From IMG/VR virus record IMGVR_UViG_3300031857_000002, positions 1 through 64,000 of that record: DNA of 64,000 nt; one strand, written 5' to 3'. Every line of letters begins with the position of its first letter. The stretch's first letter is position 1. Made by a program: the position numbers and the translations under genes. A model generated the notes under the pieces. It had not been told where the DNA came from and made no database searches. It saw only the letters and a list, made by a program, of their open reading frames with translations. Positions 17,693 to 29,000 of this stretch are shown here, in pieces.

Positions 17693-20600
17693 TTAGGCCT
17701 GTGATTCCTGGAACTGCAACTGCACCTCGCCCACTGGGCTTGACTGTGTTGTCAACGCAGTGACCTGAATAGCCAGCAACTCTGGACCATCTGGATACAC
17801 GCCTGTTCCTGGCACAGCACTGGTACCAATCTGTTTGACTGAACTCAAGTCCAACACACCAGCATTGGTTGTGGAGATTGGAATGGCAAACAAGCGTTCT
17901 CCGCCCACAATCTCAGTTGTAATCGCAGCAATAGTCAAGGCCAAATCGTTCCCTGGAGTTGATCCGCCTATAACATTACCCAGAACTTTCACTGTGTCTC
18001 CCACAGCATATCCAGTACCTGCATTCTGAATTGTGATCTGTGTAGTTGAGTTGGTGTATACGGTACCTGTTGGAGTCAACTGCACAGTGACGTTGGCGTT
18101 GGCTCCTGAACTTACCACGTTGGTCAGGCTCAATCCTGCAAAGGTTCTAATGGCAGTGCCTGAGAATGTGGCCTTGGTTCCTGACTTGGCGAAACCACCT
18201 GTGGATCCAAACAGTGATGATGTCACACCGCCTGTGGTCTCACCGTTGTAACGTGGAGAAGTGGAGAACTGTGAGAAGCTAGGCTGGAACCCACCACCGG
18301 TGTTGTTGAGTCCTGAGAAGGTTGTGTTAGTAGCGTCAATGTTTGACGGATTCAAGATACCTTCAACCAAGTAACGTCCTGCGCTTACCTGCACAGTCAT
18401 GTTGGCCAAGGTCAACTGCGCACGATTGATCAGTTCACGTTCGCCTAGATTACCAATAATACCATTGCTGACTGACGGGCTCAATCGCATGACGAACACA
18501 GTTTGTTTGGCACCAATCACACCTGGCAAACCATAGTTGGTACGGTTGAATGTAAACTGATAACCTTCGTCGTTGTCAAACTGGCCGTCCATGATAACCG
18601 CTGAACCCCAGTGGTTGACCAGTGGAGTACATGTGTTGGATACCAGTATCACACCAGTGTTGTCTGAGTGAGCAGCGGCTGCGCTGGATGTAAAGCTACG
18701 GCTTGCGCCGTCAGTCCACTGTGTGAATGTAGCGGCACGTGTGACACCTGTTAGGGTGTTGCCTGCTTTGCCTGAATACTTGATCATTTCTGAATCAATC
18801 ATACAGAACACAGGGTATGTTACACTTGCGTTTGGATAGAATGTAGCATCACGCAACGGGATTGTTGTTTGAATGTCAGTAATAGCACCATCTAGGCTTG
18901 ATACTGGTGTTTCGTTAATGGCTTCGTAACGACCTGGCAAGTTACCTGAACGCATGTAGGCTTCGTTGTTCAAGTTATTGTTGGGTCTACGATGTGCCAT
19001 AATAAACGCACCATCTTGTCCACGAACCATCCACTGTACATAACCAGCACCGTACCATGAGTATTCAACTCCCAACATCTGCATCTTTGTTGGGTCAATT
19101 GTGTAACCAGATACGCCTGTGCCATCTAGTGGATCAATGTTGAAGTTGGGCTGTGTCACACGAATTTCGTTGCGCAGGGCCATCTTAACACGAGTCAAGT
19201 TTTCAACACCACGGAATGTTGGCACCACCGTCATACGGTTGTTGTCCAGCACAGATGTCACAGTGTGTGTCATACCTTGTATGACCACTGTGTCGCCGTT
19301 GTTGAGTTGATCTTGGAATCGGCAAGTTCCGTCACCTGTTACCAAGTTTGATCCTGTACCAACTGACACAAATCCAGCCAACTGCTGTGTGCTTGAACGT
19401 TGTACAACGTTTAGACTTTGGCCGCTGTCCTCCCAGAACAATCCGTTTTGATCGTCAAATATACCAGCACGAATACTAGCACCGTGCCATGCTGTTACGT
19501 TAACACGTGGTTGTTGTCCCAGTTCAGGATTCACAGAACCCAGAGTGTTTTGTGCTTCAACTACAAACGCTATATCGCTACCAATGCTGGTTACAGTGTA
19601 GTTAGTGTCGTCATATCCCGAGGTGGTTACACCGCTGATTTGAATCACTGCGCCGGCGTTCAGGCCGTGCTCAATATCTGTGGTTACTGTGATATTGCTA
19701 CCTGCCGCTGTGCCTGATGCTGCCAGGGCAACAATGTCAAATGTTGGTTGCAACATTGTACCTGATGTGAACAAGATACCTTTACCAGATTGATAACGGA
19801 AGTATTTCTTTGTTTGACGTACAGCACTTGCGCCACGTGTGGGAGTTCCTGGTCCAAGGATAACACCGCCGTCAAACGGTCTTGGCAAGAACACAGCATT
19901 ACTGCGCACGTTCACTGTGCCCGTAATTGATCCACTTACGGCTGCACCTGTTTTGGCCAAGTACGTGAATGTGGTTGTACTTGGAACTTCTGTAGCAAAG
20001 AAACTGCCTGTAGCATACGAAGCATTTGTGCCTGCTGATAGTGCAATAATCATTGGAGTACCAGGCACAAGACCGTGAGCATAACGTGTGGTCACTGTGA
20101 TTGTGCTTGGATTGCCGCCATCGCTGGTGATACTTAACACATCAAGGTCAGCACCTGTATATGGAAAGGCTTGACGCACAATTGAGTCAATTTGGTTGAG
20201 TGGATATCCCACTGCTGTGCCAGTAGTTCTTGGTGGGTAGTAGGCAAAATTGTTGTCGTTGGCGTAGTAAACATAACTCACACCTTCGGCATTGCTGTTG
20301 GCTTGATTTTGATTGCTCACATAATCTGTAGCAACAAGTCCATGATCATCAGCATTAACTGCAATCTGTGGAATATCAGCATTGCCAGTTGCGTTAAAAA
20401 TACCAGTCATACGTATCACAGGAGATCCTGCACCGGCGGCTGTGAGTGCTGTGGTACTAAATTGTCCACGAGCAATGGTCTGTGTGCCATTGACTGCGGT
20501 GTTGATTGAGCTCATGTTGACCAATTCAACGTTGCCACTGAGTTTCTGGAATACTGAGCCTGCTACAAATGCATTAGCAGGAGTAGTATTGTACCATCCA

Positions 20601-21658
20601 CGTGTTAATTGCAATGTGGTAGCATCAGTAACTTCATAAATTTGCGCAACTTCAAGACTGCTCACTGCAAAAACGCCATTGCCAATTGTGATATTGGCGC
20701 TGCCTGCATTTGTGTTGTTTACTTGACGAACAACTGTCAACGCATTTGTTGAAACGTTGGTAACTGCCATGACTTCATACACGTTGGCTGTGTTAGTTTG
20801 CACAATAATGTAACTACCATCACTAATACCAGCGGCAGCTACGTTGGCACAGTTAACTGTGGTTGTGCCTGTACTGGTAATGTTGGCCACAGCAAGTGTT
20901 GTACCGCCTGTGCCTGGATTACCAATAATAATAATATTGTCACCAGCACTAAAGTTTGTGGTGCTTGCCACAGTAAATGTACGTTCTGCAGAACTGTTGA
21001 TATTTGCTGTTAGATAGTTGCTGTAGAAAGGCGTTGTGTTACCTTGTGTTTGACTGATCATCAATGCAAAGTCGTTGGCTACCCATTGAGGCGAGCCTGG
21101 GTTTTGCAATCTAACTGACGTGTCTGAATTGCTGGTGATTGGATCATCGCCTGCAATCAAACTAACATAGCCGTTGGTGTTGATTGTGATGTCTGCGCCA
21201 ATATCCTCATAAAACGCAGGAATATTTTGAATAGTACTTACGTTCTGCCACTTGGTGTTTTGCAAGCCGTATTCAAAGTCAGCGTCAATTAGCGACTGTG
21301 GATTTGATACTCGAGCGCGACCAATGGCGTCTGTGCCAAAAGCCCAAGGTATTGTTTCTAAACTAGAGTACTCAACGTAAATGGCCAACAAGTCATTGGC
21401 ATTCATCAAACTGGTGTCCCAGTCTAGGCTCAGTGTGGTCACGCCAGCATAGGCTGTGGGAAAATCCACAGTGGGTGTGGCAGTAAATGCCACTGTTCCA
21501 CCTTGTGCGGTGTCACCAAAGTTGTAGATCGATATCTGATCTGTGGTGTTATAAATGGCCAAAAAGTCCTCTAGGTTGATACGTCCAGGAACCTTGATTG
21601 TGCCAGCACCGCTAACTCCCGGTGTGAACACATAATTATTTAATCTTTGTCTTGCCAT
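17693..21658 (-). CDS. large virion structural protein (fibre/baseplate appendage)
   Basis: 1321 aa, T/G/S/N-rich beta modules (ITVTT..HGL..G....I repeats; DSE.I.Y......LTG.TR). Confidence 0.65.
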   Translation of the reverse strand: MARQRLNNYVFTPGVSGAGTIKVPGRINLEDFLAIYNTTDQISIYNFGDTAQGGTVAFTATPTVDFPTAYAGVTTLSLDWDTSLMNANDLLAIYVEYSSLETIPWAFGTDAIGRARVSNPQSLIDADFEYGLQNTKWQNVSTIQNIPAFYEDIGADITINTNGYVSLIAGDDPITSNSDTSVRLQNPGSPQWVANDFALMISQTQGNTTPFYSNYLTANINSSAERTFTVASTTNFSAGDNIIIIGNPGTGGTTLAVANITSTGTTTVNCANVAAAGISDGSYIIVQTNTANVYEVMAVTNVSTNALTVVRQVNNTNAGSANITIGNGVFAVSSLEVAQIYEVTDATTLQLTRGWYNTTPANAFVAGSVFQKLSGNVELVNMSSINTAVNGTQTIARGQFSTTALTAAGAGSPVIRMTGIFNATGNADIPQIAVNADDHGLVATDYVSNQNQANSNAEGVSYVYYANDNNFAYYPPRTTGTAVGYPLNQIDSIVRQAFPYTGADLDVLSITSDGGNPSTITVTTRYAHGLVPGTPMIIALSAGTNASYATGSFFATEVPSTTTFTYLAKTGAAVSGSITGTVNVRSNAVFLPRPFDGGVILGPGTPTRGASAVRQTKKYFRYQSGKGILFTSGTMLQPTFDIVALAASGTAAGSNITVTTDIEHGLNAGAVIQISGVTTSGYDDTNYTVTSIGSDIAFVVEAQNTLGSVNPELGQQPRVNVTAWHGASIRAGIFDDQNGLFWEDSGQSLNVVQRSSTQQLAGFVSVGTGSNLVTGDGTCRFQDQLNNGDTVVIQGMTHTVTSVLDNNRMTVVPTFRGVENLTRVKMALRNEIRVTQPNFNIDPLDGTGVSGYTIDPTKMQMLGVEYSWYGAGYVQWMVRGQDGAFIMAHRRPNNNLNNEAYMRSGNLPGRYEAINETPVSSLDGAITDIQTTIPLRDATFYPNASVTYPVFCMIDSEMIKYSGKAGNTLTGVTRAATFTQWTDGASRSFTSSAAAAHSDNTGVILVSNTCTPLVNHWGSAVIMDGQFDNDEGYQFTFNRTNYGLPGVIGAKQTVFVMRLSPSVSNGIIGNLGERELINRAQLTLANMTVQVSAGRYLVEGILNPSNIDATNTTFSGLNNTGGGFQPSFSQFSTSPRYNGETTGGVTSSLFGSTGGFAKSGTKATFSGTAIRTFAGLSLTNVVSSGANANVTVQLTPTGTVYTNSTTQITIQNAGTGYAVGDTVKVLGNVIGGSTPGNDLALTIAAITTEIVGGERLFAIPISTTNAGVLDLSSVKQIGTSAVPGTGVYPDGPELLAIQVTALTTQSSPVGEVQLQFQESQA

Positions 21659-21661
21659 TTC

Positions 21662-22054
21662 TTAAACTCCAAATATGATTTGATTAGCTGTCAACGTTGC
21701 TCGAGTGTTCGTTGAAAACTTGCTGTAACTGATTGTACCATTTACAATCTTGCTGTCGGATACGGTATTATCGCTAGGTGTGCCAGTATATAGTGTGTCG
21801 CCCATGAGTATGCCAAAGAACGGTGTCAACGCAGCCGGGGCTGTTACAAAACTTATTGTTGATCCAGAGATACTGTAATCAACTCCGGGATTTTTGACCA
21901 CATTATTTAGACTCACCATCATGGTATAAACAGTAGGAGGCGCAAAACCTACTCCTGCAACAGTGATTGGAAATGTAGTTTGGGTGCCGTCAAACGCCGG
22001 CGTGTCCATGTATCTATATTGTCCAATCTGCGGTGTATTACCCAAATAAGCCAT
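21662..22054 (-). CDS. small fibre-associated virion protein
   Basis: MAYLGNTP...FDG....F.....V.LN.V...P..DY.ISG..I.F..AP module shared with the N-terminus of 22064..25684. Confidence 0.65.
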   Translation of the reverse strand: MAYLGNTPQIGQYRYMDTPAFDGTQTTFPITVAGVGFAPPTVYTMMVSLNNVVKNPGVDYSISGSTISFVTAPAALTPFFGILMGDTLYTGTPSDNTVSDSKIVNGTISYSKFSTNTRATLTANQIIFGV

Positions 22055-22063
22055 TTGTTTTCC

Positions 22064-25000
22064 TTATAGTCTGCCAACCACAACTTCAATTGTGCCTGAC
22101 TCTCCGTTGAAATCTTCCAACGCTTTTCCAATTACACTGCCAAGTGTGGGTGTTGTGCAGGCCATGGCATGACCGTTGCCTGCTGACACCATCATTTGTC
22201 CTTTGCGTACTGCGCCAATGACCTTGACTGGCACACGGCCCATCAAAGCAATGCCAGCCACGTGGTCTGCTTGCAAATGACTGTTCATCAAGTAAGCAGG
22301 ATTTGTTGTCACAACACCTGCAACAGTAGAACTGGCTGCTGTGTTGCTCACAGTAACTTCGTGACTGCCACCAAACTCCAATACAGTACCTGGTTCGTAT
22401 TCAGCATCAGCGGCGTAGTTTTCTGCCAAGTCAGCGTATTGTGCTGTGGTTGCTTTGGCGAACACAGTGTTGAATGTGGTAGTTGTGCTACCAATGTTGC
22501 CAACACCTGTTGACGCACCATTCACAATGGCTGTAGCGGCTGCGCCAGAGTTAACTGTGATTGCGCCACTCACTGTGAGTGCTGTGAGTGTGCCAACACT
22601 GGTGATGTTGCCTTGTGCGGCACCACTTACTGTTGCGGCATAACCTGTGGTATTAACGCTCAATGTGCCAGTTACGTTGGCAGCAGGAATCGATGTTAAT
22701 CCAGCGCCCGAACCGTTAAACTGTGATCCAGTTACTCCGCCGGTTGCTGATATCAATCCGCCAGTACGCAAGTTGCCGCCGTCAATATTACCAGTAACAT
22801 TAACTGTAGTACCAGTATGTGTTGTGGCATTGACATTGGCACCACCTAGTACGTTGCCGCCGGTGATGTTACCAGTTGCACTTACTTGACCTGCTGTGGT
22901 GATGTTACCGCCAGCCACGTTACCTGTTACGGCTAAACTTGTCAATGTACCCACTGATGTAATATTAGTTTGTGCGGCTGTGGTCAGTGTACCAACAATG
23001 CTTGTGCCTTGCAAGTTACCTGAAGTAATATTACCTGTTACTGCCAAACTTGTGAGTGTACCAACACTTGTGATGTTGCCTTGTGCGGCTGTGGTCACTG
23101 TGCCTGCTGTTGTGGCTGCGCCACTCAGTGTAGCTGTGATTGTATTGGCAGCAAAGTTACCTGACGCATCACGAGCAACAATTGCATCGGCTGTGTTGGC
23201 ATTGGTAGCATTTGATGTAATAGTCAAAGCACCTGTACTGGCATTGATACTAATACCTGTTCCAGATACTGCCAGTGTGCCTACACCAGTATGAGTGTGA
23301 TCTGCTCTTGCCCAGCGAGTGCTTGTGCCTATTGCACCTGTGCCGATTGCTGTTGGTGTTGTTGAACTTGCTTGGCCAATAACATAAGCTGTGGTAGCAA
23401 CTTGTGTGGTATTTGTGTCTGCGGCTGCATTGGCTGCTGTCACAATGTTGGTAAATGCCGCATTGTTAGCAGTTACATTTCCTGACACACTGACACTTGC
23501 ACCCAACAAGGCTGCGGTAGCAATGATGTTGCCGCCTGCAACATTACCAGCTGAAGTGACGTTGCCTGTGGCAGTTACCAACCCACCTGTGTTGATGTTG
23601 CCACCTGTTACGTTAGCTGTTGCGCTGATTGCACCAACTGCGCTGATTGCACCACCAGTAATTACGTTACCACCTGTGATGTTACCAGTCACACTTACTA
23701 CAGTACCTGTGTGGTTAGTGGCAGCAATGTTGCCCCCGGTGATGTTACCAGTTGCAGTGATTAGCCCGCCTGTGTTGATGTTACCACCTACAACATTACC
23801 TACTGCTGTGAACAATCCACCTGTGATAATATTACCACCAGTAATATTACCTGTAGCTACTGTTGCACCAGTTGAACTGAGTGTGGTAGCAGTAATAACG
23901 TTGGCGCCGGTGATGTTGCCGCCTGATCCGCTGGTAACTATGTTGCCACCAGTTACGTTGCCTGAAGCACTTACTACTCCTGTAACTGCTAGACCTGTAC
24001 TAGACACTACTATCACGTTGTCTGTGCCTGCACTTTGAATAGTGATATCACCGTTGGCAATAACACGCACATTTGATGTGCCGTTTGTTAAACTGCTGGT
24101 GCTCAATCCTGTTAGCAAACTACCATTACCAAAAATGTAGTTTCCAGTGATGTTGCCGGCAGCACTGATGTTGCCTGCACTGGTCAAGTTGCCGCCAGTT
24201 ACGTTGGCAGTTACTGAAACTGTTGTACCTGTATGAGTTGTGGCATTGACATTGGCTCCGCCAAGTATGTTGCCGCCTGTGATGTTACCAGTTGCTGAAA
24301 TTAATCCGCCAGTGTTAATATTACCACCAGTGATGTTGCCAGTTGCTGTGATCAATCCACCAGTGATAACATTGGCGCCTGTTACATTGCCTGAACCACT
24401 GATAGCAGTACCAGAAATAGTTGTACCTGTGATTGCACCAGCTGCGCTGATAGCGGCACCAGATGAAATATTGCCACCTGAAATATTGGCTGCACTTGTG
24501 ATGTTACCTGTTGCAGTGATCAATCCGCCAGTTTGTACATTGGCACCAATTACGTTGCCTGCGGCACTGACGTTTGATGTTGCTGTTACTAATCCTGTAA
24601 CTGCTACACCAGTTGAACTTACTGTAGCAATTGTGATAGCATTAACGTTGGCAACAATGTTACCGTTAGGGCTGGCAATGATAACTTTAGAATTGGCATT
24701 GAGAATCTGTGTAGTATCTGTAGAAATACCTGTTAGTGCGCTACCGTCACCAACAAAGTAAGAAGCAACAACGTTGCCTGAAGCACTCAAGTTGGCCAAG
24801 ATAACATTGGCATAGCTAAAACTTGGATCGCTGGTGGCTACAGTGGTTGTTGGTTGTGTCAACAGGTTACCAAAGAATTTGTATTGGCCACTGTCACTTA
24901 CATCGCGAAAGTAACCGCTGTAGCGTGTGTTAGCGCCATCATAGTATTGTGTGACCACACCAGAGTCGTATGTGTCGCCTGGATTGTTGTTGGCCAAAAA

Positions 25001-25684
25001 GATGAACGGATCTGTCACGTCCAAGCTGTCTGTACCTGTGGTAGTAAATGTCCCGTTGACTGTGAAGTCTCCCACGCAAACAATGTTACCGCCAATGTTC
25101 AAATTGGCAGCAACGCCAAGGCCGCCAGCAATAGTTACAGCACCTGTTGATACGTTGCCACTTTGTGTGGAGTCTAGTACTCGTACAATACCACCAGTGT
25201 ATATGTTACCTGTTAGGCCAAGTCCACCTTCGATGGTAATGGCACCTGATGTTGTAGTGGTAGAATTTTCAGTGGCATTAAATTGGGCAGTGCTAACACC
25301 TGCCACAGTCACAGTCATTGAGGTAGCATTGCCCCAAAAGATACCTGTGTTGTTGGCAGATAAACTGTAAACGCCAGGAGCACCTTCGGTGCCTGCTGGA
25401 AACGCTGTGGCCTGTAAATTTAAGGTGTTCAGTGCGCCTGCACGATATGTCACTGTGATGTTATTGGTTCCTGCTCCAGGAGCCGCTGTAAACAACAGAA
25501 CATTACCTTCAGCTTCGTAATCTGTGTTAGGACGCTGAAGTGTGTTGCCAATCATCACGTCCAAATCACTAGCACTGGCAACATTTCGACCTAGAGCAAA
25601 TTGTTGATTTACGCCATTGCCGCTGAATGTTTCCGTGCTGGTGTTCAGCAGTGGTACATTAGGATTAAGACCAATATAACTCAT
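22064..25684 (-). CDS. tail fibre protein with GN-rich repeats and C-terminal intramolecular-chaperone/peptidase-like domain
   Basis: 1206 aa; (A/T)GN(I/V)TGGN repeats; C-terminal YADLAENY...PGTV..FGG...GVV.TNPAYLMN...GRVPVKV.G...KG. Confidence 0.75.
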   Translation of the reverse strand: MSYIGLNPNVPLLNTSTETFSGNGVNQQFALGRNVASASDLDVMIGNTLQRPNTDYEAEGNVLLFTAAPGAGTNNITVTYRAGALNTLNLQATAFPAGTEGAPGVYSLSANNTGIFWGNATSMTVTVAGVSTAQFNATENSTTTTSGAITIEGGLGLTGNIYTGGIVRVLDSTQSGNVSTGAVTIAGGLGVAANLNIGGNIVCVGDFTVNGTFTTTGTDSLDVTDPFIFLANNNPGDTYDSGVVTQYYDGANTRYSGYFRDVSDSGQYKFFGNLLTQPTTTVATSDPSFSYANVILANLSASGNVVASYFVGDGSALTGISTDTTQILNANSKVIIASPNGNIVANVNAITIATVSSTGVAVTGLVTATSNVSAAGNVIGANVQTGGLITATGNITSAANISGGNISSGAAISAAGAITGTTISGTAISGSGNVTGANVITGGLITATGNITGGNINTGGLISATGNITGGNILGGANVNATTHTGTTVSVTANVTGGNLTSAGNISAAGNITGNYIFGNGSLLTGLSTSSLTNGTSNVRVIANGDITIQSAGTDNVIVVSSTGLAVTGVVSASGNVTGGNIVTSGSGGNITGANVITATTLSSTGATVATGNITGGNIITGGLFTAVGNVVGGNINTGGLITATGNITGGNIAATNHTGTVVSVTGNITGGNVITGGAISAVGAISATANVTGGNINTGGLVTATGNVTSAGNVAGGNIIATAALLGASVSVSGNVTANNAAFTNIVTAANAAADTNTTQVATTAYVIGQASSTTPTAIGTGAIGTSTRWARADHTHTGVGTLAVSGTGISINASTGALTITSNATNANTADAIVARDASGNFAANTITATLSGAATTAGTVTTAAQGNITSVGTLTSLAVTGNITSGNLQGTSIVGTLTTAAQTNITSVGTLTSLAVTGNVAGGNITTAGQVSATGNITGGNVLGGANVNATTHTGTTVNVTGNIDGGNLRTGGLISATGGVTGSQFNGSGAGLTSIPAANVTGTLSVNTTGYAATVSGAAQGNITSVGTLTALTVSGAITVNSGAAATAIVNGASTGVGNIGSTTTTFNTVFAKATTAQYADLAENYAADAEYEPGTVLEFGGSHEVTVSNTAASSTVAGVVTTNPAYLMNSHLQADHVAGIALMGRVPVKVIGAVRKGQMMVSAGNGHAMACTTPTLGSVIGKALEDFNGESGTIEVVVGRL

Positions 25685-25685
25685 A

Positions 25686-26018
25686 TTATGTTATTTCCAA
25701 AATACTTAATACAGCATCAATTGAACTGGCTGCACTGCTTTGCACGAACACTTTATCACCAGTGATCAAGACCAATTTCTGATCTCCACCAACTGCTACC
25801 AGGCTAGAGCCTGATGATATTGGTGCATTAGATGAGATGAAAGTATTTGCTGCTCCATCGTTGATGAATACGTTGGCGGTAATAGAACTGCCTGTTTTGT
25901 TAGTAACAGTAAGTCCCACAACTACCACGGTAGTATTTGCAGCCACAGTATAGGAATTAATGGCAGTTGCCGTTGTTCCCACATTTTGACTCAATTTTCT
26001 TGTAAAAGTATTTGCCAT
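25686..26018 (-). CDS. small fibre-associated protein
   Basis: 110 aa, beta-rich, ends SILEIT; follows a fibre ending in AIALSIALG. Confidence 0.65.
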   Translation of the reverse strand: MANTFTRKLSQNVGTTATAINSYTVAANTTVVVVGLTVTNKTGSSITANVFINDGAANTFISSNAPISSGSSLVAVGGDQKLVLITGDKVFVQSSAASSIDAVLSILEIT

Positions 26019-26025
26019 TTCGTTT

Positions 26026-29000
26026 TTATCCTAATGCTATCGATAATGCTATTGCATCGTTAATCGTCGCTGCCAGGGCACCGTTGATATTTATGACCCC
26101 AGATACTGACACATTTCCTGCTGTGACATTACCTGTGGCGCTGACCAAACCTGTTGTGCGTAAATTGCCTGCTTGTACGTTGCCAGTTACGCTGGCCAAT
26201 CCTGCAGTGTTAACATTCCCAGCTGTGATGTTGCCAGTAACAACAGCAAGACCGCCTGTGGTCAAATTGCCACCTGACACGTTGGCAGTTGAGTTAATAT
26301 TGCCAGTTGCAGTAACTACACCGCTTGTGATTAAGTTACCACCTGTGATGTTGCCTGTGGCAACCACAGTAGTTGGTACTACCAGTGCGTTGATGTTACC
26401 TGTGCTGGTAATGTTCAAGTTAGCACCGTTGACATTGCCTGTTGCTACCACATTGCCTGTAGTGGTAACTATTGCGGCTGTGATATTGCCAGTTACATTC
26501 AATGCACTTACAACGTTACCACTTAGACTCAATCCTGCGGCGTTTAGGTTGCCACCTGTTACATTACCTGCGGCGCTGATCAATCCTGCTGTGTTTATGT
26601 TGGAACCAGACACATTGCCTGCAGACAATATAAATCCACCAGTTGCTATATTAAGACCAGAAATATTTCCAGTAGCATCAATATATCCTGAAGCGTTTAC
26701 ATTAACTGAGCTAACATCACCTGTGGCGCTGATTGCACCTGATGAGTTAATATTGCCACCAGCAATATTGGCTGCGCTTGTGATGGTTCCTGTGGTTGAC
26801 AGTGCACCTGTAGAACTAATATTACCGCCAGCAATATTGGCTGCACTTGTGATGTTACCTGTTGCACTCATTGAACCAGTTGCTGTAATGTTTCCACCGT
26901 TGGCTGTGCTGATTGGACCGCCAACTGTGAACGCATTTCCAACTTTGTTAAATACCAATCCTGCGGATCCTGCTGTGGCTCCTGAATCGTTAAAAACAAC
27001 CTGTGTGTTAGAACTAGACAGTACCAAGTTACCAATCACGTTGTTGGCATATACGTTACCAACTGCGCTGACATTGCCCAAAGCATTGACATTGCCACCT
27101 GTTACATTACCAGTTGCTACAATTAATCCACTGGTAGTTAAGTTGCCTCCAACCACATTGGCTGTAGTTGTAATATTGCCTGATGCAAGCACAAATCCAG
27201 CAGTTCCAAAATTGGCACCTGATATATTGCCTGTGGCATCTACTCGCCCACCTGTGATCAAATTGCCAGCAGTAAGGTCTGCGGTGATCACAGTGTTACC
27301 AGTAACATCTAGCGTTCCGCCTGCAACAATATTACCACTGGCACTGAAGTTTACAGAGTTAACATTACCAGCTGAAACATTAGCACTGGATACAATGTTG
27401 CCTGTGGCAACTACTCTGCCACCTGTGACCAAGTTTCCACCGGCTACGTTGGCAGTAGATACAATATTGCCAGTTGAAGTAACAATACCACCTGTGGTAA
27501 TATTGCCACCAGTGACATTGGCAGTAGATACAATATTGCCAGTTGAGGTAACAACACCACCTGTGGTAATGTTGCCTCCAGTTATGTTGGCAGTAGATAC
27601 AATATTGCCAGTTGCACTGACAATTACTGTATTAACGTTACCACTATCAACGTTTCCAACTACGCTAAGACTTGTTAAAGTACCAACTCCTGTAGCTATC
27701 ACTCCTGTTAACTGCGATCCGTTGCCTAGGAAGAACCCACCAGCAATGTTGGCTGTGGTTGTGATATTGGCTGTGGTATTGATTGCACTTACAACGTTAC
27801 CACTCAGGCTCAACCCTGTAGCATTTACGTTACCACCAATGATGTTACCGGTTGCGCTCACAACGACTGTGTTTACATTTCCGCCAACAATGTTGCCAGT
27901 TGCACTTACAATGCCAGCATTAACGTTGCCGCCTGAAATATTACCTGTAACACCTAAGCTGCCTAGTGTGCCAACTGCTGTAATATTGGTTTGACTAGCT
28001 GTGATCAACGTACCAGCAATGCTGACACCTTCTAAGTTACCACCAGTAATGTTACCAAATGCGCTGATCAATCCCAGAGTGGTAATATTACCGCCTGTAA
28101 CATTGCCTGCAGAAACTATATTGCCTTGTGCGCTGACTAATCCAGCGGTATTAATGTTGCCGCCAGTTACGTTTCCAACTGCACTAGCAGCGCCAGCTGA
28201 GTTAACTGTGCCTGCTGTAACTGTTCCTGTTACGTTTAGCGCACTCACAACGTTGCCACTTAGGCTCAATCCTGCGGCATTTAAATTGCCACCATTGACG
28301 TTGGCAGTAGCGTTGATATTGCCAGTTGCAGTAATCACACCGCCTGTAATAATATTGCCGGCGCTGACATTGCCTGTGGCCACGACATTACCTGTTGTGC
28401 TGACAACGGCTGTGTTAACGTTACCACCATTGATGTTACCAGTTGCACTTACTGTGCCGGCTGTGGTCAGGTTGCCACCTGTGACATTGCCTGTGGCAAT
28501 TACAACACCTGTTGACGACACAGTAGATCCAGCATTGACATTGGCTCCACTAACATTGCCAGAGAATATAGCTGTGGTGCCAAGTATGTTGCCACCTGAT
28601 ATGTTGGCAGATGACGTGATGTTGCCAGTTGCTTGAACATAACCACCTGTAAACAAGTTGCCACCAGTGATGTTGCCCACAGCATTGACTGTGGCAGACA
28701 CGTCAATGTCTGCGGCATCTAGACCACCAACTTGGAATGTACCGTATGATCCAATTGTGACAACATCGTTGGCAATTGTGACATCCACAGCCGCAAACAG
28801 GTTGCCTGTTGAGTTGTCCAGGCCAATAAATGCCTGACGTTCTGTGGTGTTGAAATACCATAAATCTACACCACGATCTTTGCCATCGTTGGCGGCCAGC
28901 GGAGTGTTGTTTGGTCCACGACCAAGTCCAATGATTGGGTCTTCAACTTCCAGTGTGGCAACATTAACATAGGTCACGTTGCCGTTGATTGTTAAGTCTC